NCBI GenBank assembly: GCA_964016885.1
Contig: OZ024740.1
Coordinates: forward strand, 152,582,001-152,646,000
Source: Eledone cirrhosa
Lineage: Eukaryota
Length of the DNA: 64,000 bases
Reading direction: 5' to 3'
The notes below the pieces were generated by a model, which saw only the letters and a list, made by a program, of their open reading frames with translations, was not told the DNA's origin and did not search any database. A program made the position numbers and the translations under genes. Shown piece by piece: positions 28,282-41,859 of this stretch (position 1 is its first letter; every line of letters starts with the position of its first letter).

Positions 28282-28603
28282 ATATGTATGTATGTATTAA
28301 TCTATATATAAATGTGAATTGACAAGTGTTATATTATAGAAATATGCTTTATATGAGAATCGATATATATGTACACATATCTACACACACATACGCACAT
28401 ATAAACATATATGTATGCATTTACATATGTCTGGGTGTGTCGGTATGCTTGTATTTGGTTGTGTTGACAAATTTATTTATGCATCTGTATCAATATAAAT
28501 GTTTTGGTGATTTAAAATATATTTTTTCCATTAAATGGAAACGTACATGATTGTAGTACCAGTCCCGGTACATTTTTACGCACGATTCCATATAAATGCT
28601 TAC

Positions 28604-28634
<31 letters not shown>

Positions 28635-31600
28635 GTTGATTAGACGTGTATTACTTCGGCTGCAGCCTTTTTGGATTTGTATTACGTTTTTGTGAGTTTG
28701 TGTTTCATTTGTTTTATTTGTGTGACCTAACCTCCCGCCTGGACTTGCAGACGAGTGGTTATTTTATTTTTACCCTTTTGGGGAGTAAAAACTACTTTGA
28801 AAAATTTGTATACCAACTTACAATAATGGATACCATACATGAAAACACCACAGCCACGCCCCCCAGGGAAAGTGATAAAGAGCAACAAATAACTCAACCT
28901 ACTGAAGCTTCCCTTCTCTCGCTTTCGCATGCGAGTATGGAAGTGGATTTGGCGAACAATTGTAAAAACTTGGTTAATAACCCAAACAATGGAAACAGTA
29001 AATTGAAAGAATGTATAAATTACACTGACACCAACAACACAAATAACAAAGAAAATAACACAAACACACACAAAAGCGAAAACAGCAGCAACAATGACAA
29101 AGAAAACAACATAAATGTGAACTCAAAACACGAAAAAATGGGTGAAAACCCAAAAAACTGTACCGCAAACAACAACAACCAAAACGCAAACACTCAAGAA
29201 AACAGCAACGAAACACACAAAAAAAGACCCCACTACACGAATATCCTTTACCCAGGTCGTTAAAGAGACCGAAACTTTCACCCCAGTTGACATCAGTAAT
29301 GCAGCGGAATTGCTAAAAGAGGGGAGAAAACGAGTGAGCTTTGGTGAAAACGGTGAATTCACCATAATCTCCCCTAAGGATATTAAAGAGCCACTTGAGA
29401 GAGGGAAGTTATATGGGATTCTAATAATTTTGATGAAGGACCAATTGGTGGCCCCAAAATACTCGGTGTCGCCAATTGTGTCCAAATAGTACACTTTCTT
29501 CCCCACCTACATGGGGAAGAAAACTCAAACAATAACAATTTCCGGTATACACCCAAATAAAATATGTGGTGGATACTAGGAGGGATACTGGACGACGAAG
29601 ATGAACTCCTTAATATAGGCAAAGCCACCAGGGGCCATTTTGGCAGTATAGGCATACAGCTTCTGGTTCGAATGAAACCAGAACGTATCGCAAAGATACC
29701 CCAAAGAGTGTCCCTGGAAGGCTCCCAATTTATGAACATTCTAGTTGAGGGTAGGCGGCCCGCTTGCTACCTCTGTTGAGGCAGAGGTCACCTGAGGGCT
29801 GCCTGTCCTCAACAAACTAAAAAACCTTTACTGCCAACACCTCCAAATACAACACCACCACCACCACCACAACAACAACAAATACAACAAGTCAAGAAGA
29901 AAAAACTGAACACGGACCCACCCAAACACGGACCCACACCCAAAACAACTCCACAAACAAAAACACAATCACCACCACCACCACCCCAAAAACAACAAAC
30001 ACAACAAGTCAACAAAAAACTGAACACGCCCCCCCCCCCACCTAAAACAACTCTAACAACATACATAACAAAACCCAACATATACCCCTCCCCTCCAACA
30101 TGGAAGAGGATCACTTAACGTCAAAAGACGAGGGGGGAACCCTTCCAACAAATAAAGCGAAAAAAAAAGAAAACACACCGCACCCACGTAAAGAAAATTA
30201 ACCCCTCCTCAAAACAAAACACAAAAAAATGCAGAACAAAAACCAACAAAAATTACACAGACACAGCTATACACATACTTCAACACAAAAATATAAAACT
30301 TGTAAACAAAATTGAACAAAACCCTTCGGTGCAAACCGAAGGGCCAAATTTCAGGAGGGATACAGAGTACCCCTCTTTAAAAATGATTAAAACTCCGATA
30401 GACATTTATATAGAGCTAAAAGACAATTTTCCTGAGGACGTGCCCCCCCCCCCCCCCCCTCTGTGTAAAACCAATGGACCGCGTCCTCTTGAAAAATTTC
30501 CCCACCCCCACTCAGACACCCACACTACACCAAACACCCCAACCCAACCACATTCTGATGTCCCCAGACCACCACAAACCAACACCCCCACCCAACAACT
30601 CCTCCCTCACCCCCATAGAAGTTGTGCAGCCCGGTCCCCGGGACGTAAGGAGGTAGGTGCCTTTTCTTTTTCTTCCCCTTCGCCGCCAACATGGCTGTAT
30701 TGAGGGTAGGATGTTTGAATGCGCGTGGCCTGAGCTCACCTTGGAAGCAGGCAAAACTTCTAAATGACCTCAGGTCGCGCAGTATAAATGTCATGGCTAT
30801 TTGCGAGTCCAGGGTCAGCAGCGAACGCCAGCTAGCCCCCACCTTTAACGACTTTGAGATCTATGCATCTCTCTGTCAGCCAGGAGATGGGGGTGGGGTT
30901 GTCGTTCTGCTGCAAAAACACCTGGGACTCGAAACGCAGACGGTGCACATAGACCCGGAGGGTCGACTGGAGTACTAGACGTTGGCAGTGGTGAAGGTGG
31001 AGCCTTTAGGCTGGTCGCCGCCTATGCCCCTTTTGGGGCAGCGAGGCCGGACTTCTTCCAACGTCTGGAGACTTTTCTAGGGACGTCCCACTCCTTGATT
31101 TTAGTGGGGGACTGGAATGGTATCCTATATGCACGTTGGGACTATGTAGGGGCATGTCCCAATAGAGGGCGGTGTAACAGCCTCAAACGGTTAGTCGGCC
31201 GATTTGACCTGACGGATAGATATCGACTAGATTTTCCGACTGCGCCAACCTGGACTTGAACTAACCTTAGTGGATCAACTAGATCGTAACTAGATAGGGT
31301 CCTAGTTAGAAATAAGTTGTCCAGAGATGCGCATGGTTGGCTATTCAGATCACAAATTAGTGACCTGCTTAGTCAACTTTGATAGAACGCATAGACAGGG
31401 AACCGGTTACTGGAAGCTGAACTTGTCCTTACCGGCAAGTAAAGCTTACAGGGATCGGAACGATTGACGGGGGCTATCGTCAGCAGCATGTGGTGGGGCT
31501 CTCTCATAAGAGAGATTAGAGTAGTCTCGATAGTTTTTAGTAAGGAATTAGGCTCAGATAGGAATAGGAAGGAAAGGGAGTTGGTAGATAGAGTAGAAGA

Positions 31601-34240
31601 GGCGATTAGAAGCGGCAACGTAGCCAGAGTGCTAGCGTCGAGAACGGCCTTAGACCAGTTTTTCGACGCGAAGCACGAAGTCTGCGTTGTCAGAAGCAAA
31701 ATACGTGCTCTAGGAAACGAGGGGGCCAAAGCTGTTAGCTGGGCCCGCGTGACAGAAGCCAAAAGTGGGATTAAATTCACTATTCGGTCTTTGAAGGACC
31801 AGGATGGACGGGTGATCCTTGAACCTGGACAGATGTGTGAGGCCTTTCAAAGGCACTTTGCACGACTATTCGGGAGGGGCGGTGGGCCGGATGGGGATGT
31901 GGATTTCAGTCCATACCTCGACGGCCTACCGCATCTTTCGAACGAGGAGGCGAAGTCTTGCGAAAGGCCGATTTCGGCTGCTGAAATAGGGGACGTGCTG
32001 AGCCAATGCGGCAAACGCAATCCCCGGCCCCCGATGGTCTTCCATACGAACTTTATGTAGCGATGCCGGACTTTTTCTCCGATCTCCTCGAGGCGGTCTA
32101 CTGCAACTGGCAACAGAACGGGAGAATTCCCTGTTCTGTGACCAAGGGTGTAGTCTCGCTAGTGAGGAAGGACGAGAACAAGGGGGATGAAATAAATCAT
32201 TTCAGGCCCATAATTCTGCTAGATGCGGAGTTAAAGATTTTGGCCAAGGTGTTAGCAAAGAGGTTGGCGCTTGTCGTGGGCAACCTGGTGGGAGATGCGC
32301 AGACATGCACTTTCCCGTCCAGGTCCATTCACGACAATATCCACCTCATGCGTTACATCATAGAGAGGGTAGGGAATTAACCCGACTTTGGTGGGGCCCT
32401 GATCAACTTGGATCAATCTAAGGCGTTCGACAGGGTCGACCATGATTACCTGGATGCGGTGCTAGCGGCTGCAGGTTTCGGTCCCGTTTTCAGGAGATAA
32501 ATTACTGCCATGCACAGCAGCCGCATCTGCTCGAGGGTCAAGGTGAACGGCTACCTCGCGGAACCGTTCCAAATCGCGCGGTCCATCTGACAGGCGTGCC
32601 CTCTCTCCTCCCATCTGTATGTGCTGGCTCTCAAGCCACTGCTGCGGAAGTTGGAGTTGTTGCAGGGCATCCCCTTCGAACCGGGATTGCGGAAAGCGGT
32701 GTCGGCCTACGCCGATGACGTGACAGTAATGGTGTCGAGTACCTCGGAAATCGGGGCGATCGGTACCTTACTGGAGGAATACGAAAGGTTTACAGGGGCG
32801 AAGCTGAACTGAGACAAGTCCGTCGGTTTGCAACTCGGCGCGTGGAGGGGCAAACCGATGCCCTCCGACGGTGAAGCTGCTCGGGGTTTGGTTCGGACCA
32901 GACCTCCAGGTGGAGAAGAACTGGGGTGAGGTAACGAACAGGGTGTTTTCACTGGCCCAGAAGTGGGCCGAGTGCAAACTATCCCTGAAAGGTCGGGCGG
33001 AGGTGACGAACGCTTTTATAGCGTCCGTCATCTATTACCGCTTGACAGTTGTGCCTTGCCCAGGTGAAACGCTCACCAAATGGAGCGCGCACTCTTCCAA
33101 TTCCTTTGGAAGAAACGGGCTCCTTTGGTGAGGAGATCCATCTGCTGTCAACGCCCTTCGAAAGGAGGGCTGGGGATGCCGTGGCTGCTGACGCGTAAAT
33201 ACGCATTAAGGCTACGGCACCTCCAGGTATTCCTCACCGGTCGACCGGTGTGGGTCCCGTTTGTGAGGCGAGCCTTTCCGAGACTCGTCTCGCTTACCGA
33301 GATGCAATCTTGGGTCAAGAAAAGACCGAGAAAACTTGACGCCTGGCACACGGAGTGTGCTCAGGCGCTCACGGCTCTCTGGCAGGCGGATTCAGCTATC
33401 AGTGGAGACTCCACCTCGACATTCTATAGAGGAGAAGCCCTAGGCATGGAGGAGGAAGAACTGGCCAGCCTGTTCGATAGGACATTTGGCCCGGGACCGA
33501 TGGACAACTTCCAGAGGTCCCTGGCCTTGCAGTGCTACCGTGGGGCTCTCTACAGACACGGGCGCCCGGGTAGGACCCTTCGAAAAAGATCTGTCCGAGA
33601 TGCGTGCGCGACGAGGAAACCGTCGCGCACGCATTGGTACACTGCCCGGGCGTTGCCGACCTGTGGGGCTATGTGGAACGACTGCTGTCACGGGTGGGAC
33701 CAATCCGGTTGACCACCGAGTCTATTGTTACGATCAAACCGCCTCGCCCCTTCAAAAACGAAGGAGAGGCGGTCTTCCTCCGTGTAATAGCCATGGTGAA
33801 AGAGGTTATATGGTGGACACGTTTGAAAGGACTAAGGTCGGAACACCTTTCTCTCCGGTCAACAACTGGTCCTTTTCTTCCAATATCATTTCGGAAGAAG
33901 GATCAGGATGGAGAGAGAGGTGCTCCACCCCAGCCAGTTTTATGAAAGATGGGTGAAAGTGGCGAGAATGGCCCGTATGAATGGGCCTTCTCTCTACATC
34001 AGCCTGTAGGTGGAAAGAATAGAAGAAGGGAGCACCCTCTCTTTGTGCTCACGCGGAGAAGGGTTGCACATTTTTTCGGGGGGAGGGGCGACCCCCAAAA
34101 CGCCCCCTCCCTATTGAGGACTTGTTTTATTTTGTTTGTTATATTTTTGTACTCGTTTTATTGTATGTAAACTCCCCACCCCCACCCCCTTTGTATTTGT
34201 CAAAATCTTTTATGCCCTGGTGGCAAATAAATAGAAAGTT
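28635..34240 (+). mobile_element. Tx1-like LINE copy D (full length, decayed)
   Basis: Begins right after (TATC)n 28604-28634; ORF1 from ATG 28826 (VEGRRPACYLC*GRGHLRAAC); ORF2 30691-34009; AATAAA at about 34226, then (TATC)n. Confidence 0.93.
30691..34009 (+). pseudogene. ORF2 (APE + RT) of copy D, frameshifted
   Basis: MAVLRVGCLNARGL; FRPIILLD; AYADD; VKLLGVWFG; C-terminal zinc-binding ET..HALVHCP. Confidence 0.9.
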
Positions 34241-34281
34241 ATGTATCTATCTATCTATCTATCTCTATATATATATATTTA

Positions 34282-34342
<61 letters not shown>

Positions 34343-34386
34343 AAATAAAGATCCGGAGGCATGGTATACATTTCCAATCATTTTAA

Positions 34387-34460
34387 TCACGACACATGTT
34401 TCAATAAGAGATAGATCGATCGCGTAGCCATGATCGATTATCACTGATCTCGTCAGGTGA
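34387..34460 (-). ncRNA. type I hammerhead ribozyme
   Basis: tcac-CTGACGA-gat..gata atcgatc atggctacgc gatcgat ctatc..att-GAAA-catgtg-TC-gtga. Confidence 0.78.
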
Positions 34461-34639
34461 AAATGAATTGTCTTCAAATCCTTGATATGAGGGAGAAAAT
34501 TAACGGTGTACACTCACAGAGTTTAGTCCCTCATATGAAGATCAAGCAGTCAAAACACGGCGACTGCTATCGTCCTCAGTTAGGGTCATAAAACTATCAA
34601 GTCTTTATCTCCCAATAGCTGTAAAAGACGCTGGACATC

Positions 34640-34860
34640 AATCAAATCTGTAGAATTACAGTCGGTCACAGTTAATGTGAGTGGGTACACACACACTCAC
34701 ACACACACGACGCGAGGTCAAAGAAAAAAATATATATACATATACCAACATAGCATCAAATCTGTAGAGCTATAGACGGTCACAATTAGTGTGAGTGAGT
34801 ACACAAACACTCACACACACCGACACGAGGTTTAAAAAAAATATAAATATACCAACATAG
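34640..34860. repeat. two-copy tandem repeat of about 110 bp
   Basis: atcaaatctgtaga...ggtcaca...ataccaacatag occurs twice. Confidence 0.75.
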
Positions 34861-34994
34861 TATTCACCGAAAGTTAGTTTACAAAACAACAAATGTTATA
34901 TTGGTCAAATCTCAATTTGACGATATAAATTGGAAAAATTGGGTCAACCGCAACCCTATTTTTCCAATTTTTCAAATTTACATCGTCAAATTGA

Positions 34995-37252
34995 GATTCC
35001 TCGAAGCACTCTACTGCAACAGGCAGCAGAATGGGAGTATTCCCAGTTCTGTGAGTTGGGGAGTGGTGACGCTGATAAGGAAAGACGAGAACAAGAGGGA
35101 TACATTAGACAACTTCAGACCCATAACTCTGCTCAACAAAGAGTTTAAGATTTTGGCCAAGGTGTTAGCAAAGAGATTGGCGTTGTCGTCGAGGATTTGG
35201 TTGGGAAGGCGCAAACTTGTGCAATCCCAGCCAGGTCATACACGACAATCTCCACCTCATGCGGTACATCATAGAGAGGGTAGGTTGTAAACCTGGCTTC
35301 GGTGGGGCGCTGATCAATTTAGATCAATCGAAAGCATTCGATAGGGTCGCCCAACGATATCTAGAGTTTGTCCTCAAAGCAGCTGGCTTCGGCCCTGTCT
35401 TCAGAAGCTGGATCGCTGCAATGCACGCTCGATGGTCAAGGTTAATGGACCCCTCTCAGAACCATTTCGGCTCTCCCGATCGGTCCGTCAAGGGTGCCCT
35501 CTCTCTTCCCTTCTGTACGTATTGACTCTCGATCCTTTACTGCGGAAGCTGGAGCTGTTGCAGGGCATCCCGCTCGAACCGGGACGTGGAAAGCCGGTGT
35601 CGGCTTATGTGGACGACATCACCGTGATGGTGTCGGACACCTCAGAAATCGAGGTGGTCGGCACCTTATTGAAGGAATATGAAAGGTTGACAGGAGCCAA
35701 ACTTAACCCTGAAAAGTCGGTGGGCTTGCAGCTCGGAACCTGGAGAGGCAAGCCTATGCCGTCCAACAGCGTCGTGGGGTGCTGGACGGACGGATCGGTA
35801 AAGTTGCTCGGGGTTTGGTTCGGACCAGACCTCCAGGTGGAAAAGAATTGGGACGAGTTAACAAGCAGGGTAGTCAGTCTCCCCCAAAAATGGGCTAGCA
35901 GGAAACTATCACTCAAAAATCGCACCGAGGTGGCGAATGCGTACATCGCGTCCGTCATCTACTACCGGATGACCGTCGTGCCTTGCTCCCGTCCGCGCCT
36001 CGTCAAGTTGGAACGGCTCCTCTTCAAATTCTTGTGGAAAGAACAAGTTCCGTTCGTGAGGCGGTCCATCTGCTGCCAGCACCCTCTACGCGGAGGGCTG
36101 AGCATGCCGTGGCTAATGATGCGCAGACATGCACTGAGGTTGTGACATGTAAAGATATTCTGCCTAAACGGTGAACAAGTGTGGTCGCCGTTTATCAGAC
36201 GGGCCGTTACGCAGCTCGTTTATTTGACTGAGCTGCAGACCTTGGTCAAGAAGAGACCGAGACTGGGTGACTGGCACCTGGAATGTTGCTAGGCATTCAC
36301 TGCCTTTACCAAGCGGGCAATGCGATCAGTGGAGCTTCCACTCTCGAGTTCTACAGAGGAATAATGGTGGGCAAGTGCGATGACGCACTCGGAGAACTTT
36401 GGGCCTCGTCGAAGTGAAACTGACTAATCTGTACCGGAGGACTTTCGAGCCGGGGACGATGGACAATTTCCAGAAATCCCTCACTTGGCAGTGCTACCGG
36501 GGGGGCACTGCCGGTTCGGGATAAACTCTACAGGCACGGAAGTGCTGTCAAACGGACCTGCCCAAGATGCGCACAGAGCGACGAAACCGTTCTGCACGCA
36601 CTTGTCCAATGTCCGTGCATTACTGACTTGTGGAGCTATGTCGAACAGCTACTGTCGCGTATGGAACGGATCCGACTATCGGCCGAGTCCATAGTGAAGA
36701 TCCACCCGCAGCCTTCCTTTGGTCAGGAAGAGCAGGCAATTTTCCTGCCTGGTGGCCGTTGCGAAAGAGGTTATATGGTGGACCAGATTGAAAGGACTGA
36801 AGACAGACACTTTTCTCTTCAGCCAATCCCTCATCAACTTCTTCAAGTTTCACCTGGAAAGGAAGATGAGAGTGTGGAGAGAGAAGTGCTCCCCCCCCCC
36901 CTCCAGTACATTTGCTAAAAGGTGGATGAATGTGGCGAGAATGGTCCGTGTGAATGGGCTTATCTCATCATGCCCCTATAGGCTAGCTAACTTGAGGAGA
37001 GGGGTGCTCTCCCTGGGTACCCTAGAAGCGCAGGGTGGTTCAGGATTGGTGGGTACCTGAGTTACCTCTGGGTCGTCCACCCCCTATAGGGGAATATATT
37101 TTGTTATATTTATGCATAGTTTATTTGATATTTTTTATATCTTCATTGTTAAATTAGTCTTGCCATTGTGCACTTTTACTCGACCTTATTGTAAACCCCC
37201 ACTGTCGCTGTCTTTGTATTGTCCCCTACATGTTGGCCCTTGTGGCCAATAA
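34995..37252 (+). mobile_element. Tx1-like LINE copy E (5'-truncated, divergent subfamily)
   Basis: FRPITLLNKEFKILAK, LDQSKAFDRV, VRQGCPLS, AYVDD; 3' UTR ends gtggccaataa. Confidence 0.9.
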
Positions 37253-37264
37253 CTGGAATCATTG

Positions 37265-37446
37265 TGGATTGGCAGTATCAGTAGAAGGTCGGACGCCATG
37301 CCTTCCAGTATAGTTACGTCCCTTTACGATCTGAGTTCAAATCCCGCCGAGGTTGACTTTGCCTTTCATCCTTACGGGGTCGATAAAATAAAGTACCAGT
37401 AATGCACTGGGTAATTTCTGGCCTTGTGCCTAAAGTAGAAACAATT
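37265..37446 (+). mobile_element. tRNA-derived SINE
   Basis: tggcagtatcagtag (A-box-like), gagttcaaatcc (B box), conserved core and (ATT)n tail. Confidence 0.8.
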
Positions 37447-37449
37447 ATT

Positions 37450-37502
<53 letters not shown>

Positions 37503-37640
37503 TTTATGAGGGTCACCAAATTTACTTCTGCAAGCTCCGGCAACTACGTTTTCACTCAATAGGCTTGTAAGTAAGAAAATATATCTATGTATGTATGTAT
37601 GTATGTATGTATGTATGTATGTATGTATGTATGTATGTAT

Positions 37641-38100
37641 GTCAGGTCACCAGTTGGTGCTACTGGTAACATGTATCCCAGTACAACATGTCCCATGGTC
37701 GGATCGTTGGCGACTAAACTGGCAACCCCACCAAGGTTTCTTGGTGAGTAGGGTGACTTTGGACATCCTGCAGGACTAAAAACAAAACCTGTCAAAGGGC
37801 AAAGGAGCTCTTAAGAGTCAATGGCAATCCAAAATCACCGGGAGAGATGACCCCTTAGCCTTTGTCAAGGCAGAATTCTAGAAGGAAAACTCTGATATAA
37901 CACCTGCAACCCTGATGGTATCCAATGATGTTGACTTGTTCTTCTTTTTGGTAAACATCATCTTGGTTAAGAGAGTGGGACTGGCTTTGTGCAGTGGCTT
38001 TGCTCACTATAAAAGCTTCACGGCACAGGCATTGCTTTGTATCTGGAGATCTCTCTGCACTTGTCGTCACATGGTACCATGGGCCCAGCACTATGTGTCA
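37641..38100. mobile_element. unclassified interspersed repeat remnant (possibly RTE-derived)
   Basis: 37905-38045 is similar to 27820-27950, and 37870-37905 to 7580-7612. Family not established. Confidence 0.35.
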
Positions 38101-38244
38101 ATAATTGTCACAAGTGTAGTGTTTGTACCAGAGTTTTCAACTCGCTGGCTGGACTAAAAAGTCACACTCGTTCAGCGCATCGGTAGGGGTTCTCCTACAT
38201 GGATATAAAGTAGTGGCCGTACTCGAAAACGAGTTGGCAGCCAC

Positions 38245-38257
38245 CATGTATGTATGT

Positions 38258-38333
<76 letters not shown>

Positions 38334-38360
38334 GTGGGTAGGTAGGTACGTAGATAGATA
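38245..38360. repeat. (GATA)n microsatellite
   Basis: Direct reading. Confidence 0.95.
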
Positions 38361-38518
38361 GTTGAAACGGCGGATAAAGTTCCATAAAAATCAAAGATTT
38401 ATATATAAAAAGTAAAAGTGGAAACAGCACGGAAATATATTCAATGCATCATTTTTTCTTTGTTTCTTTAATCCGACAGAGTGAGAGTTTTTTTTTAAAA
38501 AAGGTTTCTTTTTATAAA

Positions 38519-38559
38519 ATGTTACCGGTTTCAATGAGTAATTACATCTTATCAAACAC
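38519..38559 (-). ncRNA. minimal hammerhead ribozyme, U3-A8 core variant
   Basis: gtgt-TTGATAA-gatg taattact catt-GAAA-ccgg-TA-acat; lies downstream of the PLE GIY-YIG remnant on the same strand. Confidence 0.68.
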
Positions 38560-38771
38560 TAAATTAAAAAAATTAAAAATTGAAAGTTGAAAAATTGGAA
38601 GGTGAAAAGGTCTCTTCATTTCTGTGTGATGAGAATATCTGGGTTTATCTAGTAGAATTATTCTTTATATATATTGTTCTGAGTGTGTGTGTGTGTGTGT
38701 GTAGTTGTGAGTGTGTGTGTGTGTGTGTGTGTGGTTGTGAGTGTGCGTGTGTGTGTGTATGTGCGCGCGCG

Positions 38772-38807
<36 letters not shown>

Positions 38808-39089
38808 TATTGTGTGAAGTGAATTAATAATGGCATATAGTATTCAAAAGTTCAAAGTTTTTTGTGTGTTGAAAGGAACAAAGGAAATCAGAATTTATCA
38901 AAGATCTATTTTTGGAGTAATGTTTGTGTTTGAAAAAAGATACAATTCTATCTCTTGCTTCGTGGTGTGTGTGGGAGAGCGTACGTGTGCATATGTGTAT
39001 GTGTGTGTATGTGTGTAAATGTATCGGTCCGCTTGTATATGTGTAATTGGTCTCTGGGTCCTTATGTATAACCTAATGGAGCGATTACA

Positions 39090-39720
39090 TATTTAATTCT
39101 GGTTTGTATTTGTTAAATTGTTTTTTTTTTATTTATCATCTGTGTTTGAGAAAGAGTCTGGGCGTTTGTAAAGGGGAAAAATGTTAAAGTTGAGTAAGTT
39201 AATTCCTGCACAACCAGCAATGTGGCTACTTAGGGAGATTTTACTAGCGTTTTCGTCATGGAATTGTTAGCGGTGGATGGTAATTTATTTGTGTAAGTAC
39301 ATGCCCGTCTGCCCTATGTAATTTCACTGGCATCCACTGCATGTCATTACGTAAATTAATGTTTCTTGTTGCAGGTTAAATTAGCTTTTACTTCTTTAAA
39401 TATGAAACCTCATCCCTCGGTTAAGTATAGGCATGTGCAACAATATTTCTTCTGCGTTTTATCACAGTAGGGTTGTGGAATTGTTTACGTATTTTTGTTC
39501 CAGTGAGAATGTGTTTTGGACTGTCTTTTACTTCTGATGATTTTGTGTGTTTCCAGGATTTTTTTCATTTTTCGTTGTCAAATAGAATGGGGAAGTTTTG
39601 GGGGAGGTAGTCAAACATTTCAATGTTTCTGGGTTTGAAAGTTGATACATATGGTAAGCTATTGTTCTTGATTCTGTTTTGATTCGCTAAGTGCCTGAAA
39701 ATCTGTGTGATTTGCCCTGT
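39090..39720 (-). pseudogene. PLE (Neptune/Poseidon-type) GIY-YIG endonuclease remnant
   Basis: Minus strand LIYVMTCSGCQ*NYIGQTG...ITIHR...SLSSHIAGC, with upstream LPYVSTF-like linker. Confidence 0.78.
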
Positions 39721-40094
39721 ATATTCTATTAGCTATTATCCCAAAGTTCATCACGATATTCTACCTAATCAGGTTTACAGTAGATATTAAGCTTTCAATT
39801 TCGTCAACGAGAAGGAAACGGAAATGGGAATGTGCGGTCGTGAAGTTTCCATGGAGTTTGTTGCGAGGTGTTTGATGTTTAAATTAAAAGTTTATTGAAT
39901 ACGAAGTAGCTTTCCTTAAGGGCTTCGACAGTTATAACGATTTTTAAGCTAAAGTTGAAAAGCGATATTTGTGGTAAAGGTGATTTAAAATCATTTTGTT
40001 CAGAAATTCATGCAGGTATTAAAACGATACAGCTACAGTTATTAATCTTAATAAAAACCATTAGAATTTATACATTTGTGTCAATAAGATATAT

Positions 40095-40990
40095 GTTTAT
40101 CTATTCTAACATAGAATTGTGATATTCTGGCGGCGATAAAATTTTTGCAGCTGTTTCATTGAGAGAGTTTGTCGAAAAGTTTGAAAAAGTAGAAGTTGCT
40201 AGGTGAAAAATCCGGAGAGTATGCTGGAGGAGACAGAGTTTTGTGGCCCATTTCATTTTACTTTTGGAGCGTTGGTTATGCGATGTGTGGTCGAGCGTTT
40301 TCGTGCAAGAGAACTGGTCTTTTCTATTAACGAATGCTGGACACAATCACTGCATTTTTTTATGCATTTCACCGATTTTGTGACAATATCTCCCCTATAA
40401 CTGTTTAGGCAGGATTCAAAAAGCTATATTGTAATAATCCGGCTGCGGACCAGCCAAGAGTCATCATAACATTCATTTAGTACAACTTCATCGTTGGAAT
40501 GTGTTTACGAGCTTCATCGCCGGCCAACCAGTGTGATGAATGTCGTCGGTTGTTGTATACGTCGAAATGTGACCAAAAATCAATCGTATTAGCTGCGCAA
40601 AAGAAGCGAAGAACAAACACCAAAAAGGTGATTGTTCTGGTTTTCGTTCAATTCGTGTGGCATCCATTTTTCAAGCTTCTTTCACTTTTCAATTTGGTGC
40701 AAATGTTCAGAAAAATATGCTTACATCTAGGTCTTCTGTAAGCTTACGAATAGATTTCTTTCCATCAATGCCTTCTATACATCGTCGTCAATTAAAGAAG
40801 GACGTCTTCGACCTTCATTATCTTCACGAGTAAATTCACCATGCCGTAATTTTTAAAACTAAATTTGCACTCTGTATTCACTAATAATTCCTTTGCTCCA
40901 AACTTCATTGGTATTTCTAGCAATCTGTGCTGCACTGCGGCCGACTAGAAATAAATTTTTTTGGAAATCCTATTTTGAAATCTAAACTTC
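40095..40990 (-). mobile_element. mariner transposase remnant
   Basis: Minus strand fragments EGRRRPSLIDDD, KKLEKWMPHELNENQ (WVPHEL motif), VLLHENARPH and PAYSPDFSP (YSPDLAP motif); stops and deletions. Confidence 0.85.
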
Positions 40991-41859
40991 AGAAATCTGA
41001 CAATTGACACAAATGCAATTTATATTAAAATTGGATTAAATGAAAATAGGACAGCATAAGATAAGATTATAAATTAAACATCATTTTACATACCTTTCAT
41101 AAGATTTTATTCTTTATAATATGTTGAAACAAATAAGAAATATTACACCTGTATTTTGAACAATATAATGCAAAGCATCGTAGCAAGTAAATCATATATA
41201 GGCACATGGTTGAATACGAGTTAGATACCTTGTTAAGTGTAATTAATAACATGCGAAGAAACATGGTGATATTAAGTGGCATTTTTATGACCTCTTGCTT
41301 ATAATTATTTTTAAATTAAAAATTAAATACGATATATTTTTAGTTAAGGTAATTTAAGCAAGTATAAAAATATATTTTTACATGGCTGAACACGAGATAT
41401 CCTGTTGCTTATAATTATCTTTAAATGAAAGTTGAATACGAAATCATTTTTTTAAGGTAATTTCATACAAAGTATCTTAGCGAGTAGAAACGTTGAATAT
41501 GAGATATCCTGTTTAGTGGGATTAAGGATATTAAGTTAAAAACAAGGTAAAGTCAGGGAACACCTTTCGGAAGTCTTTAGGTTTTCATCTATGGTAAGAT
41601 ATTTCCTGCAACAATTAATATCACAGAATAAGACTTCAATTGTAATTCGATTATCTTGATTATTCAGCTAACAATCCATACCACAGTGAAGGCGTAAAGT
41701 GTTCCGGATTGCAAGACAGCTTGCTATTGGAATTAGGGGGCTCATAGTTTGGGAAATGTGTGTTCGAAATTATAGTGAAGCACATGCCTGGATGGAGCCG
41801 AGAAGAAAGGCATGGAAATGGTAGTACGAAATATAGCTGAACGAAGAAAATAAATGGGT

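Noticed and set aside
14128-36918. Antisense and alternate-frame ORFs over the LINE copies
   Set aside because: Shadows of the GC-richer ORF2 sequence.
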